A stretch of DNA of 64,000 bases from Gammaproteobacteria bacterium (GCA_963662545.2 CAXXLL010000002.1:2496001-2560000); one strand, 5' to 3'; counted from the first letter of the stretch, positions 42,283 through 52,840 are shown. Notes: generated by a model not told the origin, from the sequence alone. A program made the numbers and translations.

Positions 42283-42935
42283 GCCGACTTCCGCCCCAAA
42301 CGTAATCGCGCCCGTTCGAACACCTGGTCGAACATCGCCTCGGTTAAGCGACCGGTCTGCGTGTTGTAGCGGCTGCAGTGATATGAATCGATCAACCACA
42401 AGTCCTGCCCGGCCAATTCGTGTTCGGCGTTATGTGAGAATTTGAGTTGTTTCAAAGGCAGGTTCAGCGCTCGAGCAATGGCCTCGTGCGCGATGCGGCC
42501 GAGCGCGATGAGAACCGAATCTTTCGTCAATGTCTTCAATTCCGCAGCAAGGTAGGAATTACAGTTCGAAATTTCGGCGGCCTTCGGCTTGTTTGCGGGC
42601 GGCACGCACTTGACGGCATTCGTGATACGGCAATCCAGCAAGCTCAAGCCATCCTCCGCGCTGAGCGAGTGCGGACGGCTCGCAAAGCCGAAGCGGTGCA
42701 GCGTACGATACAGGAGGATACCGGCGTGGTCTCCGGTGAAGGGCCGGCCGGTCGCGTTGGCACCGTGCAGCCCCGGTGCCAGTCCAACGATCAACAAGCG
42801 CGCTTGGGGGTCGCCGAACGACGGGACGGGTGAGGCATGGTATTCAGGATGCTGCTCACCCGTTTGCCGAAGATACTCGACCAGACGGGAGCAGCGCTTG
42901 CAGCTGCCGTCGAAAACAATGCCGCCAGCCCGCAT
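42279..42935 (-). CDS. Uracil-DNA glycosylase, family 5 (UdgB-like)
   Basis: CKRC Fe-S ligands, GLAPGLHGANATGRPFTGD, HCSRYNTQT. Confidence 0.9.
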   Translation of the reverse strand: MRAGGIVFDGSCKRCSRLVEYLRQTGEQHPEYHASPVPSFGDPQARLLIVGLAPGLHGANATGRPFTGDHAGILLYRTLHRFGFASRPHSLSAEDGLSLLDCRITNAVKCVPPANKPKAAEISNCNSYLAAELKTLTKDSVLIALGRIAHEAIARALNLPLKQLKFSHNAEHELAGQDLWLIDSYHCSRYNTQTGRLTEAMFDQVFERARLRLGRKSA

Positions 42936-43000
42936 ATCTCACCCGCGTTCGTCGCGAGTCGGTTCAGCAAACTCCGTTGCACGGCCCATGATGAGATGCC

Positions 43001-43096
43001 TCACCCCCCGGCCAGAGTACTGACGTCGATCAGGCCCTGTTCGCGGGCGACACCCGCGAGGTGGACGCCGTTCTGGACGCCCAGCTTCGACAACAG
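43001..43096 (-). pseudogene. C-terminal LuxR-HTH remnant, probably of uvrY/gacA
   Basis: FRR*LLSKLGVQNGVHLAGVAREQGLID resembles the GacA/UvrY C-terminus; lies at the canonical position upstream of uvrC. Confidence 0.6.
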
Positions 43097-43125
43097 CTAG
43101 CGGCGGAAAATCTATCCTCGATTTC

Positions 43126-43683
43126 TTAACCGCCCGACGACGTGTCCCCATGCCATAAAGGCTCCCGGTTTTTACGAAGAGAATTCAGATACACCGAGAA
43201 TATCAATTTGATGCTATCGGTATAGTGACTCGGATCACGCGACATCCGATCGCGCAGGTCTTCGCACGTATGCCATGCGATGTCCTCGATTTCGTCCGCG
43301 GCGGGAACCGGCACGAGATCGGTTACGCAGAGATAGGCGTGAACGAATTCGAATCCCGTGCGGGGACCCGCGGGTAATTGGCACAGGCCGTGGAGTCGAA
43401 GTCCTTCAAGTCCCAGCTCCTCATGCAGTTCTCGGATTGCCGCGGTTTCATATCGCTCTCCGCGACCGACGTGGCCGGCGGCCGAGGTGTCCCAAAGTCC
43501 GGGATCGCAGTCTTTGTGCAATCCGCGACGCTGGGTGAGCACCTTGCCGCTGGAATTGACCACCAGGACGTGTACCGAGCGATGCATTAGCCCGTTCGCG
43601 TGGACGTCGGCGCGCGACGCCTCGCTGACCACGCGATCGTCGGCATCGACGACATCGAGTATCTCGTCGTCAGCTGCAGCCAC
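43126..43683 (-). CDS. NUDIX hydrolase (IPP isomerase-like)
   Basis: GLMHRSVHV, PGLWDTSAAGHV and AAIRELHEELG motifs. Confidence 0.88.
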   Translation of the reverse strand: MAAADDEILDVVDADDRVVSEASRADVHANGLMHRSVHVLVVNSSGKVLTQRRGLHKDCDPGLWDTSAAGHVGRGERYETAAIRELHEELGLEGLRLHGLCQLPAGPRTGFEFVHAYLCVTDLVPVPAADEIEDIAWHTCEDLRDRMSRDPSHYTDSIKLIFSVYLNSLRKNREPLWHGDTSSGG

Positions 43684-43707
43684 GGATCCGGCAGCTCATT
43701 CAGTTCG

Positions 43708-46179
43708 TCACGCCGCGTCCGCGGCCCGGTCCGCTTCCGCCGCTACCGCCCACAGCTCGGCGGAGTCGAAATCGTCAACATCGATGGCCCGCCGGATGGC
43801 TTTTTCCAGCACCCGTAGCTGTTCGGCTTCCGTCTCCGAAATGACGCCTGCTTCGAGCGCGGCGGTAGGCACGTCCACCCCATATGCTCGAAACGTATCG
43901 CTCTTGATCGCCTCGCGCACGCGTTGCGACAGCGCTTCGCACTGTTCAGTCGTCCTGAGCGCGTACTCGAGGCATCCGATAGGATCGCTTTCCGAATCCA
44001 CCAGATACATGCCGAATGAAAGGCGATCGCGAACTTCGCGCGATTCCGCGAGCAAATTCGCGACGCTTGTAGTCAGCTCGTCATTCGGCCGACGCCAGCG
44101 GCGACCCCAGGGAAACACGACCCTGCGCAGACCCCAGGCAACACTGCGCACGGGGAGGTTTTGCAGGATTTCATCCAAGCGGCTTTGCACGGTATAGAGT
44201 CCGTCGCGCATGGCGAATTCCAGCAACGGCAATTCCGCCGCGCTCCTGCCGCCGTCCTCGAAATGTTTAAGCGCGCAACTCAGCAGATACAGTTCACCCA
44301 GCACGTCGGCAAACCGCCCCGACAACATTTCGCGGCGCTTCAAGGCCCCGCCCAACTGCGCCAGTGTGGCGTCGGCAATGACGGCAAACGAGGCGCTCGC
44401 GCGTTCCAGTTGCGCGTACCAGTAATTGACCTCGCCGACCGAGGGGGCACTGCCGAGTTTGCCGCCGGTAAGGTTGCGGAACGCGGCCCGCGCCAGATTT
44501 GTGAGAATGTGCCCTATATGTCCCATGAAGGCGTTGTCGAAACGCGCCAGCGCGTCGTCCGGATCGTCGAGCGCCGCGGCATTCATCTCCTCCAGCAACC
44601 ACGGATGGCAGCGTACGGCGCCCTGGCCGAATATGATCAAGGAGCGGGTGAGAATATTCGCCCCTTCCACCGTGATCGCGACGGGCGCCGCCATGTAAGG
44701 ATGGAACAGGTAGTTCGATGGTCCGTCGCAGATCGCGCGGCCGCCGTGGACATCCATCGCGTCGTTAACGCTCGCACGCATGCGCTCCGTCGCCTGATAC
44801 TTGAGCACGGCCGACAGCACCGACGGCTCCTCCCCGATGTCGAGAGCACCGGCCGTGACGTTGCGGGCGGCGTCGATCAGGTAGGTATTCGCGGCAATAC
44901 GCGCCATCGCTTCCTGCACGCCTTCGAAACGGCTGAGCGGCACGTTGAATTGTTGACGGACACGCGCATAGGCTCCGGTCGTACGCGCGCAGACCTTGAG
45001 CACGCCCGCACTCGATGCCGGCAGTGAAATCGATCGGCCGACCGCAAGGCAGTTCATCAACATCCGCCATCCGTCACCGCAGCGCGCCTGTCCGCCGATA
45101 ATCCATTCCATCGGAATGAAAACCTCACGTCCCGAATTCGGTCCGTTCTGAAACGCCTGGCGCGCCGGATAGTGGCGTCGTCCGATCTCGACGCCCGGAT
45201 GGTCGGTCGGGATCAAGGCCAGGGTAATGCCGACGTCTTCGTCTTCACCGTCGCCGAGCAGCCCGTCGGGATCGTAGAGCTGAAATGCGAGCCCGAGCAA
45301 ACTTGCCACCGGGCCAAGCGTGATATAGCGCTTTTCCCAGGTCACCCGCATGCCGAGAACCGTGCGGCCGTCGTGCTCGCCCTCGCAGACGATCCCGAAA
45401 TCCGGGATGTTCGCCGCATCGGATCCCGCATACGGATTCGTCAATGCGAAACAAGGGATCTCCTCACCACGCGCGAGACGCGGCAGGTAATGATCTTTCT
45501 GTTCTTCCGTACCGTAGCGCATGAGCAACTCGGCCGGTCCAAGTGAATTCGGCACCATGCAACTGACCGCGGCCGTGCCCGACCGGGTCGCCAGCTTCAT
45601 CATGATTTCGGAATGTGCGTGCGCCGAAAAACCGAGCCCGCCGTATTCCTTCGGGATGATGATCCCGAGGATCCCGCTGGTCTTGATGTAATCCCAAGCC
45701 GATGCCGGCAGATCGCCGAGTTCGCGCGAGATCTCCCATTCGTTCACCATTTCGCAGAGTTCCGTGACGGGCCCGTCAATAAAAGCCTGCTCTTCGTCGC
45801 TCAAGGCCTTGGCCGGCAAATCCAGCAGCCGGCGCCAGTCGGGTGCACCAGAGAAAAGCTCCGCATCCCACCACACGGTGCCAGCGTCGAGCGCGTCGCG
45901 CTCTGTTTGGGACATCGTGGGCAGCGATTTACGGAAAAAGGCGAGCACCGGCGCCGTCAAGTAGCGCCGGCGTAAATCACCGAAATTGAGCAGCAACATC
46001 ACCGCCCAGGTAAGCCATGCCGCGACCATCAACAGGCCGGAGAGTACCCCTTGCCCAACGTTACTCAAGACCAATAGGCCGATTCCCGAGGCCGCCGTTG
46101 CGATCGACAAGGGCGCTTTGAGGTAGGCGAGCAGGCCGCCGCCGGCGATGATCGCGAATGATAGAAACAGGAAATTCAT
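43708..46179 (-). CDS. fadE: Acyl-CoA dehydrogenase FadE
   Basis: N-terminal TM, MSQTERDALDAGTVWW, VPNSLGPAELL, KRYITL, ITVEGANILTRSLIIFGQG, C-terminal IDVDDF. Confidence 0.92.
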   Translation of the reverse strand: MNFLFLSFAIIAGGGLLAYLKAPLSIATAASGIGLLVLSNVGQGVLSGLLMVAAWLTWAVMLLLNFGDLRRRYLTAPVLAFFRKSLPTMSQTERDALDAGTVWWDAELFSGAPDWRRLLDLPAKALSDEEQAFIDGPVTELCEMVNEWEISRELGDLPASAWDYIKTSGILGIIIPKEYGGLGFSAHAHSEIMMKLATRSGTAAVSCMVPNSLGPAELLMRYGTEEQKDHYLPRLARGEEIPCFALTNPYAGSDAANIPDFGIVCEGEHDGRTVLGMRVTWEKRYITLGPVASLLGLAFQLYDPDGLLGDGEDEDVGITLALIPTDHPGVEIGRRHYPARQAFQNGPNSGREVFIPMEWIIGGQARCGDGWRMLMNCLAVGRSISLPASSAGVLKVCARTTGAYARVRQQFNVPLSRFEGVQEAMARIAANTYLIDAARNVTAGALDIGEEPSVLSAVLKYQATERMRASVNDAMDVHGGRAICDGPSNYLFHPYMAAPVAITVEGANILTRSLIIFGQGAVRCHPWLLEEMNAAALDDPDDALARFDNAFMGHIGHILTNLARAAFRNLTGGKLGSAPSVGEVNYWYAQLERASASFAVIADATLAQLGGALKRREMLSGRFADVLGELYLLSCALKHFEDGGRSAAELPLLEFAMRDGLYTVQSRLDEILQNLPVRSVAWGLRRVVFPWGRRWRRPNDELTTSVANLLAESREVRDRLSFGMYLVDSESDPIGCLEYALRTTEQCEALSQRVREAIKSDTFRAYGVDVPTAALEAGVISETEAEQLRVLEKAIRRAIDVDDFDSAELWAVAAEADRAADAA

Positions 46180-46354
46180 GTTCGGTCTCCTCGCATTGTG
46201 TAACGCGGCTTATCGCCGAGACCCCGGCATGCGGATCCGCCACTGCTTCGCCCGCTTGCGGGCGAAATATTTTCTACTCGAATTCTCGGGTGCCAATCCT
46301 AGTATCGGCACCCACCGGGCTAAATTCTACCTGGAGACGGTAGCAGCCCGCGGC

Positions 46355-47599
46355 CTACTCCCCGGCGATCGCCGAAGTTCCCACCAAAGTTTCGCTGACC
46401 ACCTGGTTTCGGCCCTGCCCTTTGGCCAGATAAAGTGCCTTGTCCGCAACACCCATCAAGGTCTCGCCGGCGCCCGTATCGTCGGGCATCGTCGTGCTGA
46501 TCCCGAAACTCGCGGTCACGTTGTCCTTGATTTGCGAGCCCTCGTGCCGGATCGCCAGTTCGTCGAACGCAGTACGCGTGTTTTCCGCCAGTTTGAGCGC
46601 GGCCTCATGATCCGTCGACGGCAGCAGCAGCGCAAATTCTTCGCCGCCGATACGCGCCGCCAGATCGCCGCCGCGGCGACAGTAGGATTCGAGGATACGC
46701 GCAAATGACTTTATGCATTCATCGCCCTCTTGATGGCCGTAGAGATCGTTGAACTGCTTGAAGTAATCGATATCGCAGATCACCAGCGATAGGTAAGTCC
46801 GGTCTCTGAATGCGCGCGAGATCTCCGAATTAAGCCGCTTGTCGAAGTATCTGCGATTGGCTATCCCGGTCAGTCCGTCAGTCGCCGACATCTTCTCCGC
46901 GCGGTCCCTGGCGGCCCGCAACAGCCGTTCGGTGTCCATGCGCTGGCTGAGTTCGGCCGTCGTCTTTTCAGCGTCGGCGCCGAGCTGTTCCGCGAGCATC
47001 GCGTTCTCGAGCCTTAAGCGAATCTGCGTCTCGAGAACGTGCCGCGCTTGGCGGATGACGACGAACTGATGCGCGTAGAGCAGGACCAAGGCAACCCCGA
47101 CCGCGTAGTACGCCGGATTACCGCTGGCCGCGATGGCGCCGAGGCTCGCGACCCCGATCGGGACCGTGACGGCCAGCACGGCATAGAGATTGATGCCGTA
47201 GGAGCCGAACGCAGCGATCCCGATACCCGTGGCAAAGAGCAGCGCCGTAAACATCATGATCTCGTCGACCAGCCACGCGATGAGCACCGGGGCGATACCC
47301 CAAATCGTGCCCGTTGCCAGCATGATCAGGTAGAAAAGCCAGATCGGTGCCACGGGCAGGGATTCGCTCTCAGAGGCGGCTGGGCGCGCGACCCACCATC
47401 GCAGGGCCAGGACCGAAACCAAAGCCAGCCACCACATCCACGTCTGCGGGACAGCCGCAAACTGCGTGAAAAAAGCGGCGTAGATCGCGCCGACGAAAAC
47501 CGTCGGCAGAGTCGATGCGCGGACGTTCTGCAGCAGTAGCGACCACCGCTCACGCTCGATGTCCGTACGGATGTCGTCTACGACCGTCGCCTCGACCAT
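46355..47599 (-). CDS. Membrane-anchored diguanylate cyclase
   Basis: About 5-6 TM helices, coiled coil, DGLTGIANRR, DIDYFK, RGGD I-site, GGEEF. Confidence 0.92.
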   Translation of the reverse strand: MVEATVVDDIRTDIERERWSLLLQNVRASTLPTVFVGAIYAAFFTQFAAVPQTWMWWLALVSVLALRWWVARPAASESESLPVAPIWLFYLIMLATGTIWGIAPVLIAWLVDEIMMFTALLFATGIGIAAFGSYGINLYAVLAVTVPIGVASLGAIAASGNPAYYAVGVALVLLYAHQFVVIRQARHVLETQIRLRLENAMLAEQLGADAEKTTAELSQRMDTERLLRAARDRAEKMSATDGLTGIANRRYFDKRLNSEISRAFRDRTYLSLVICDIDYFKQFNDLYGHQEGDECIKSFARILESYCRRGGDLAARIGGEEFALLLPSTDHEAALKLAENTRTAFDELAIRHEGSQIKDNVTASFGISTTMPDDTGAGETLMGVADKALYLAKGQGRNQVVSETLVGTSAIAGE

Positions 47600-47882
47600 G
47601 GGTCAATTTCCACCTATTTTTTTCGTCCGTCCCCCTCCCCGAACGCGCAGGGAACGTCCGAGAATCCCGGCGCGGCCACGCGCATTACCGCGGCCATCGG
47701 ATGATAACCGATGGTCGAACTAAGTTCCGCAGGGTGTCAGGAGCGCAAGATTATGAGGATGCGATCCAAGAGAAGCCGGCCCTGCACAAGGCCATTTCGC
47801 TTGCACCGGAAACATGGGTAGCAGGTGGGGCGAGCGACGCGAAACCATCGCGACAGCTTCGAGTCGAGCAGCCGTTACGGCG

Positions 47883-48185
47883 TCAGATTGAAACCACCCA
47901 CGCCGACGATTCAGCGCGCGCGTAAATGTGATTCGGATCGGCCGCCAGCACGCGTTCAAACGCGAATAGGGCGATGCCCGCGCGTCCGGAATCCAGCGCG
48001 GCGATGCCGTAGATGTAATCGAATTCGGGGTCGTCCGCGGGCTCTTGCTCTTCAGCGAGCAGCCGGAATGCATCTTCCGCTTTTCCTTGTTCCATCAGGC
48101 GTCGCGCCTGTTCGAGATCGGCGGCGATGGCCGTGAAAGTCGACGCCAGCAGCAATACGGCAAAAAGCCCGCAAACCTGATTCAT
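47883..48185 (-). pseudogene. Truncated secreted TPR protein (N-terminal fragment)
   Basis: Signal peptide, DPEFDYIYGIAALDSG...AFERVLA..P...ARAE, then the frame breaks. Confidence 0.6.
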
Positions 48186-48364
48186 TCCCCGCTCCCCATG
48201 AACTTCGATGTGCGTTTACGAGGCGGTATCGAAAGATAGATCTAAGCTGATGAAAACAGTGTATTCCATTGTAATTTATAGGTTCTCCGATATCAAAGTA
48301 TTATTTACTTGTGCAAGCCGCATGCTGATGAGACCCGTTTCGAGAGCGATGTTTTTCTCCGATT

Positions 48365-48757
48365 TTAGTCCGCCAGCTTCGCCGTGCACTTAATTTCCAC
48401 CAGCAATCCCGGCATCGCCAGCGTCGTAACCCCGATGCCGGTCCAGGCGGGCACACGGCCCGTGAAGTACCGGTCTTTAACCTCCATGAACAACAGCAAA
48501 TCCCGCATGTCGACGTGATACGTGATCATTTCAACGACGTTATCGAATCCGGCCCCGGCCGCCGCCAGCACTTTTTTCACGTTCTCGAAGGCCTGGGTGA
48601 ATTGCGCCTCAGTGCCCTCGATGACGTTCAGGTTCTCATCGCGTCCCACTTGCCCGGCGATGTACAAGGTATCGTCGACCAAGACGCCGGGCGCGTAATG
48701 GAAACGCTCGAAGATGTTCTCCATGCCAGTGGGAATGATGTCTCTGCGCTCTTTCAT
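48365..48757 (-). CDS. RidA family protein
   Basis: LYIAGQVG, PAWTGIGV and LVEIK motifs. Confidence 0.9.
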   Translation of the reverse strand: MKERRDIIPTGMENIFERFHYAPGVLVDDTLYIAGQVGRDENLNVIEGTEAQFTQAFENVKKVLAAAGAGFDNVVEMITYHVDMRDLLLFMEVKDRYFTGRVPAWTGIGVTTLAMPGLLVEIKCTAKLAD

Positions 48758-49207
48758 GCCCTTTCATCCACCCGATTGATATTCTAGGCATCTTACCATC
48801 GGGTCGTCGCGCGCGACCTAGGTCGTACCGTAACTGACCTCGACGCTGGCCAGCGGTTTTGGCCGACGACTTGATCGGTCGCCGACTTCTTTTTCGGATC
48901 CGGTCTGCGGATACGCGGTACGGCCTCCATCTCCTCGACCGTCTTGAATCGCTGCATGCCGATCGACCGTGTTTTTAGCTTGAGGTAGCGAGAAAGCGCC
49001 TGGCTGATCGCTGCAAAGCCGTACTCCTCGGTATCGTTCCAGCAATTGGGGTGACCATGATGACTCCCCGAATCTCAGCCTGTTGAAATGCGATTTTCTA
49101 TCGTTCTTCAACATCCTGTTAGTCGATTATTTCGGTATATTAACGAGCGCTTTCGTCAAGGGACATGGTCACCGACTCGGCCGCGGCGATAAGCCCCGTG
49201 TTTTAGG

Positions 49208-50248
49208 CTAAATAGGTGATCCAAATCCGACACTCGGGCAGTTTCCCGGGAATGGACTTGCCGCACGCATGAAGGCACGTACTGCGTCCATCAGACGGTC
49301 GATGGTCGAGTAACGATGATTCCGGGTGACATTGTCGTGCAACTGTTTCCAGAGTTTCTCAATGTCATTGACCCAGGGCTGATAGGCCGGCTGGAACAGC
49401 AATCGGAATTTCGGATTGTGCTTTAGCCAGACGTGTGCCAAGCGACATTTGTGGATGATGTAGTTATCCACGATCAAGATAATTCGACGCGCGGCGCGGT
49501 AAGTTTGCCGCAGGTGGTCGAGCAGGCAAAGGAATAGGTCGCTGTTTTTCCGTGTGCCCTCGACATACGCAACGCGACCGGTTCGTGCGTGCAGCGCGCC
49601 CGCCAGATAGCGTTTCCGGTTTTGCCCAGGCGTGGGGATGGCACGTTGACAACCTTGAGTAGACCAAAGGAAACCGATTTTGGGATTGAGGTCGATATCG
49701 ACCTCATCGGCGTAAAACACTTCATGCCCCGATGGGGCTCGAGACAACGCACGATGAATGGCTTTCAGGCGCGTGGCTGCCCGTGGGTCGCGCAGATGTA
49801 AGGTCGGACGAGCACGACGCCAGCCGAATCCCAAATTAACTAGCCAGCGACGTACCGTAGAGGCGTGAATGGGCCGTGACAGCAACGAATTCAGCGTCTC
49901 GGCCAGCATCTCGCTCGTCCACGTACTGCGCAGGTAGCCATAATCACTGGGCGGCTGCTCAACTAACTCGGCGAGCGTCTCCAACAGGGTGTCATCCACC
50001 GTATACGCCCGCCGGCCCGAGCCGCACGCCTCGAGAAAGGCTTCACCCGCGGTCTGGAATTGCGTGACCCATCGATAAACCGTTGAACGCGCGACCGACA
50101 AACTGCGTGACACGGCCGTCGGTGAGACGCCTGAAGCTAACTGCAACAGGACTTGAGCGCGGCGAACCACCCGCCCGTTATCGCTGCGTTGAATCAACCG
50201 CTTAAAGCGACGTTTCTGTGAGCGCGTCAATGACACTAAACTATCCAT
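49208..50248 (-). CDS. IS630 family transposase
   Basis: Same protein as 8905-9948 except near the C-terminus (VGF vs VARF). Confidence 0.93.
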   Translation of the reverse strand: MDSLVSLTRSQKRRFKRLIQRSDNGRVVRRAQVLLQLASGVSPTAVSRSLSVARSTVYRWVTQFQTAGEAFLEACGSGRRAYTVDDTLLETLAELVEQPPSDYGYLRSTWTSEMLAETLNSLLSRPIHASTVRRWLVNLGFGWRRARPTLHLRDPRAATRLKAIHRALSRAPSGHEVFYADEVDIDLNPKIGFLWSTQGCQRAIPTPGQNRKRYLAGALHARTGRVAYVEGTRKNSDLFLCLLDHLRQTYRAARRIILIVDNYIIHKCRLAHVWLKHNPKFRLLFQPAYQPWVNDIEKLWKQLHDNVTRNHRYSTIDRLMDAVRAFMRAASPFPGNCPSVGFGSPI

Positions 50249-50352
50249 ACTCAGGTGACCTCTTTCGGGAACGTAGATTGCTCGATACAACCTCTGATCT
50301 CTGAATGTCACCTGAGTTCTTTTTATTTGATCGAGTTTTTGGAACACCTATT
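49211..50352 (-). mobile_element. IS630-family insertion sequence, copy 2
   Basis: Reverse complement of 8801-9945 minus 3 bp; TA duplication (49209-49210, 50353-50354); target CTAG. Confidence 0.95.
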
Positions 50353-50413
50353 TAGTAGTCAAAGCGGGTACTCTGACGGCAACGAACCGGTGAATTAACC
50401 AGGGGGATAAACC

Positions 50414-51217
50414 ATGGGCAAAGTCGAATGCAGCATCGATGACGGCGTCGCGACCGTTACCTTCACCAACCCGCCGAAGGGCTTTTTCACCTCGGACATG
50501 GTGGCGCAAACGAGCGAGATCATGGCCTCGCTCGAAAGCGACGAAATCGTAAAGGTCATCGTTTTCACGGGCGGTCTGCCCGATGTCTTCATTCGTCATT
50601 TCTCGGTCGAGGAGATCATCGAGATGGCCGCGGCTTTGCGCACGCGCCGCGCTTCGGGTCTGCCGGATCCGAGGTTCGCGCGCACGCCTCTGCGCATGAT
50701 GTGGGAAAACGTCGACAATTCGCGCAAGCCGACCATCGCGGCCATCAATGGTTTTTGCGGTGGTGGCGGATGCGAGCTGACCCTGTGCTGCGACATCCGC
50801 CTCGCAGGCCCCGGCGACTACACCATCGGGCAGATGGAGATCCTGGTCGGACTGCTGCCGGGAGCGGGCGGCACGACGCGCCTGGCGCGCACGGTGGGCA
50901 CTGCCAAGGCCCTCGAATGGGTCCTGCGCGGTCGCACCTTCAACCCGCGCGAAGCCGCCGCCGAAGGTCTGGTGCATCATTACGTCGAAGGCAATGTGCT
51001 GCAGGCCGCCACGGAGATGGCGCGCGAATTCCTGGACAAGCCACCGGCGGCGCTGGCCTACATCAAGCAGGTCCTACGCTCGAGCTGCGGCAAAACGACG
51101 GCGGAAGGCGTCGACGAGGAAGGTGACCTGTTCGCCAATCTCATCGCCGAGGACGATCGCTGCCTTGACATGATGAAGGCTTATGTCGCGGGCGGGCACC
51201 AATTGACGAAGTATTGA
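50414..51217 (+). CDS. Enoyl-CoA hydratase/isomerase family protein
   Basis: KPTIAAINGFCGGGGCELTLCCDIR and EILVGLLPGAGGT motifs. Confidence 0.92.
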   Translation: MGKVECSIDDGVATVTFTNPPKGFFTSDMVAQTSEIMASLESDEIVKVIVFTGGLPDVFIRHFSVEEIIEMAAALRTRRASGLPDPRFARTPLRMMWENVDNSRKPTIAAINGFCGGGGCELTLCCDIRLAGPGDYTIGQMEILVGLLPGAGGTTRLARTVGTAKALEWVLRGRTFNPREAAAEGLVHHYVEGNVLQAATEMAREFLDKPPAALAYIKQVLRSSCGKTTAEGVDEEGDLFANLIAEDDRCLDMMKAYVAGGHQLTKY

Positions 51218-51580
51218 GCTTTCGCGCTCCCGCGCTTGAGCGAAGCAAGCGGCCGAAAATGCCTGCGGGGACGCCGAAGCTAGATGGCCGTCGGACCACC
51301 TTGCAGTGCACAATGCAAACAAACGTTGCAGCGCTAGGTAATTACTTTTTAAAAATTGCTGCTAGGTCTAGACTCGAAGGCAGAGTTATGGTCCCCAATG
51401 CGGGCAAAACCTTGCAGCCAACAAGCCCCTACGTCCCACCTGGGGCCGCTCCGAGGCATCCGAATTCGGGGGCAGTATATGATTTGCCGCCGTATCGCGT
51501 AATCGGTGATCACGTGAGCGCGTTGGCGTAACCGTATACTGTTCCCGAAACCATTCACAACGCGAATTGCTACGACTTTC

Positions 51581-51603
51581 TAAAGGGCCTACGAGGCCCT
51601 TTA
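51581..51603 (-). terminator. Hairpin terminator following a tRNA 3'-end remnant
   Basis: TAAAGGGCCT-ACG-AGGCCCTTTA perfect 10-bp stem. Confidence 0.7.
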
Positions 51604-51608
51604 TTTAT

Positions 51609-51621
51609 TGGCGGAGAGGGA
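51609..51621 (-). other. tRNA-Ser-like 3' end (putative att site, island boundary)
   Basis: Minus strand TCCCTCTCCGCCA directly followed by a terminator, with no tRNA body upstream. Confidence 0.6.
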
Positions 51622-51798
51622 TGATGTTCCGATTTGCGAAGTTTTTCGCGGCCGTTGCATTGCTGCTCGTGCTGGCTCTGCTGTGGATGATGGGAGGGCC
51701 GTATGGCAAGCCGATGCGCCCAGGATCTGATCATTTCGACCGGCACCAAGGCGAGAAGTACGGCCCCGTTGGGAAATGGCTGGCCCGGTGCGATCGAA

Positions 51799-51950
51799 GT
51801 TGTGTCAATAGCTGAAAAATGCTCTACGCTGCGAAAATGTATCCCACTAGAATTTCTATGAGCGGTCGATTAGGGGGTCGCGCCGTTTAAGGTAGGTGAA
51901 TCGGGCTACGCTTCTTCCACTTAGAAATTCGAGATAACTTTTCACACAGC
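51799..51950. mobile_element. Degenerate IS1182-like MITE
   Basis: Imperfect TIRs GTTGTGTCAATAGCT / AACTTTTCACACAGC (11/15), non-coding. Confidence 0.4.
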
Positions 51951-52007
51951 CCCGGTCCATAGTGGACGGTCGCGGAAGGAATTCCGCCCTACGAGGAAGG
52001 TTTACCG

Positions 52008-52667
52008 ATGCCACCGCACTTAACCGCCAATGAAGCCCGCGTCATCGGCTGCCTGATGGAGAAGTCCGTCGTCACGCCGGACCAGTATCCACTGACGCTC
52101 AATGCCCTGACCAATGCCTGCAATCAGAAATCCGGGCGCAACCCCGTGACTTTGCTGGAGCAAGGCCTGGTGCAGCGTACGGTTCGCGACCTGGGAGCCA
52201 AACACCTCGTGCCCGTGGAAGAGAATTTCAAGAGTGGAGTGGAAAAGTACAAACAGCGCTTTTGCAATACGAACTTCAGTAATTATCAATTCGACCCGCC
52301 CCAGTTCGCCATCGTCTGCTTGCTGTTGCTTCGCGGTCCTCAAACGCCCGGTGAGCTAAGAGCGCACAGTGGGCGCCTGCATACCTTCGCCGATAATGCG
52401 GCGGTCGTGGAAGCGCTCGCCGGTCTGATCGAGCGGGAGGACGATCCGCTGGCGGTGAAGCTGCCGCGCACGCCGGGGCGCAAGGACGCAGGGTACATGC
52501 ACCTGTTCTCCGGTCACGTTGACCTTGAGGCACACGCTGTGCGAGCGCAAGCCGCGAAGGCTGGCGGTACTTCGGAGCGCGTGAGTGTGTCCGAGCTGGC
52601 ACAGAGAGTCCGTAAGCTGGAAGCGGAAGTCGCCGACCTCAAGGAGTGGTTAAAGGGTTCACAATGA
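52008..52667 (+). CDS. YceH (DUF480) family protein
   Basis: EARVIGCLMEK..TPDQYPLTLNALTNACNQKS and LLLRGPQTPGELR motifs. Confidence 0.92.
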   Translation: MPPHLTANEARVIGCLMEKSVVTPDQYPLTLNALTNACNQKSGRNPVTLLEQGLVQRTVRDLGAKHLVPVEENFKSGVEKYKQRFCNTNFSNYQFDPPQFAIVCLLLLRGPQTPGELRAHSGRLHTFADNAAVVEALAGLIEREDDPLAVKLPRTPGRKDAGYMHLFSGHVDLEAHAVRAQAAKAGGTSERVSVSELAQRVRKLEAEVADLKEWLKGSQ

Positions 52668-52698
52668 TTCGGCCTAATCTGCATCCTCATGAATATAG

Positions 52699-52840
52699 TG
52701 ACGGAGGGGGAGGGATTGATTCGCAAACAAAGTTTTGTTTGCTCACCCCTGCGGGGCGCCTCCCCTTTGCTGCGGCGTCCAACTTCGCTTCGCGAAGTTA
52801 TCGAACCGAGAGGGTCGTACCTAAGCCGCCCGCTCTACCA
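52699..52840 (-). repeat. tRNA-Ser-like T-arm/3' end interrupted by a multi-hairpin insert
   Basis: Minus strand GGTTCGA-[~85 nt hairpins]-ATCCCTCCCCCTCCGTCA. Confidence 0.55.

Noticed and set aside
48818-49200. Possible small gene or remnant next to IS630 copy 2
   Set aside because: Protein-like stretch on the minus strand but no assignable family or clear start
51567-51815. 82-aa ORF with a hydrophobic segment
   Set aside because: Spans the terminator, att-like site and MITE end; at most a gene fragment
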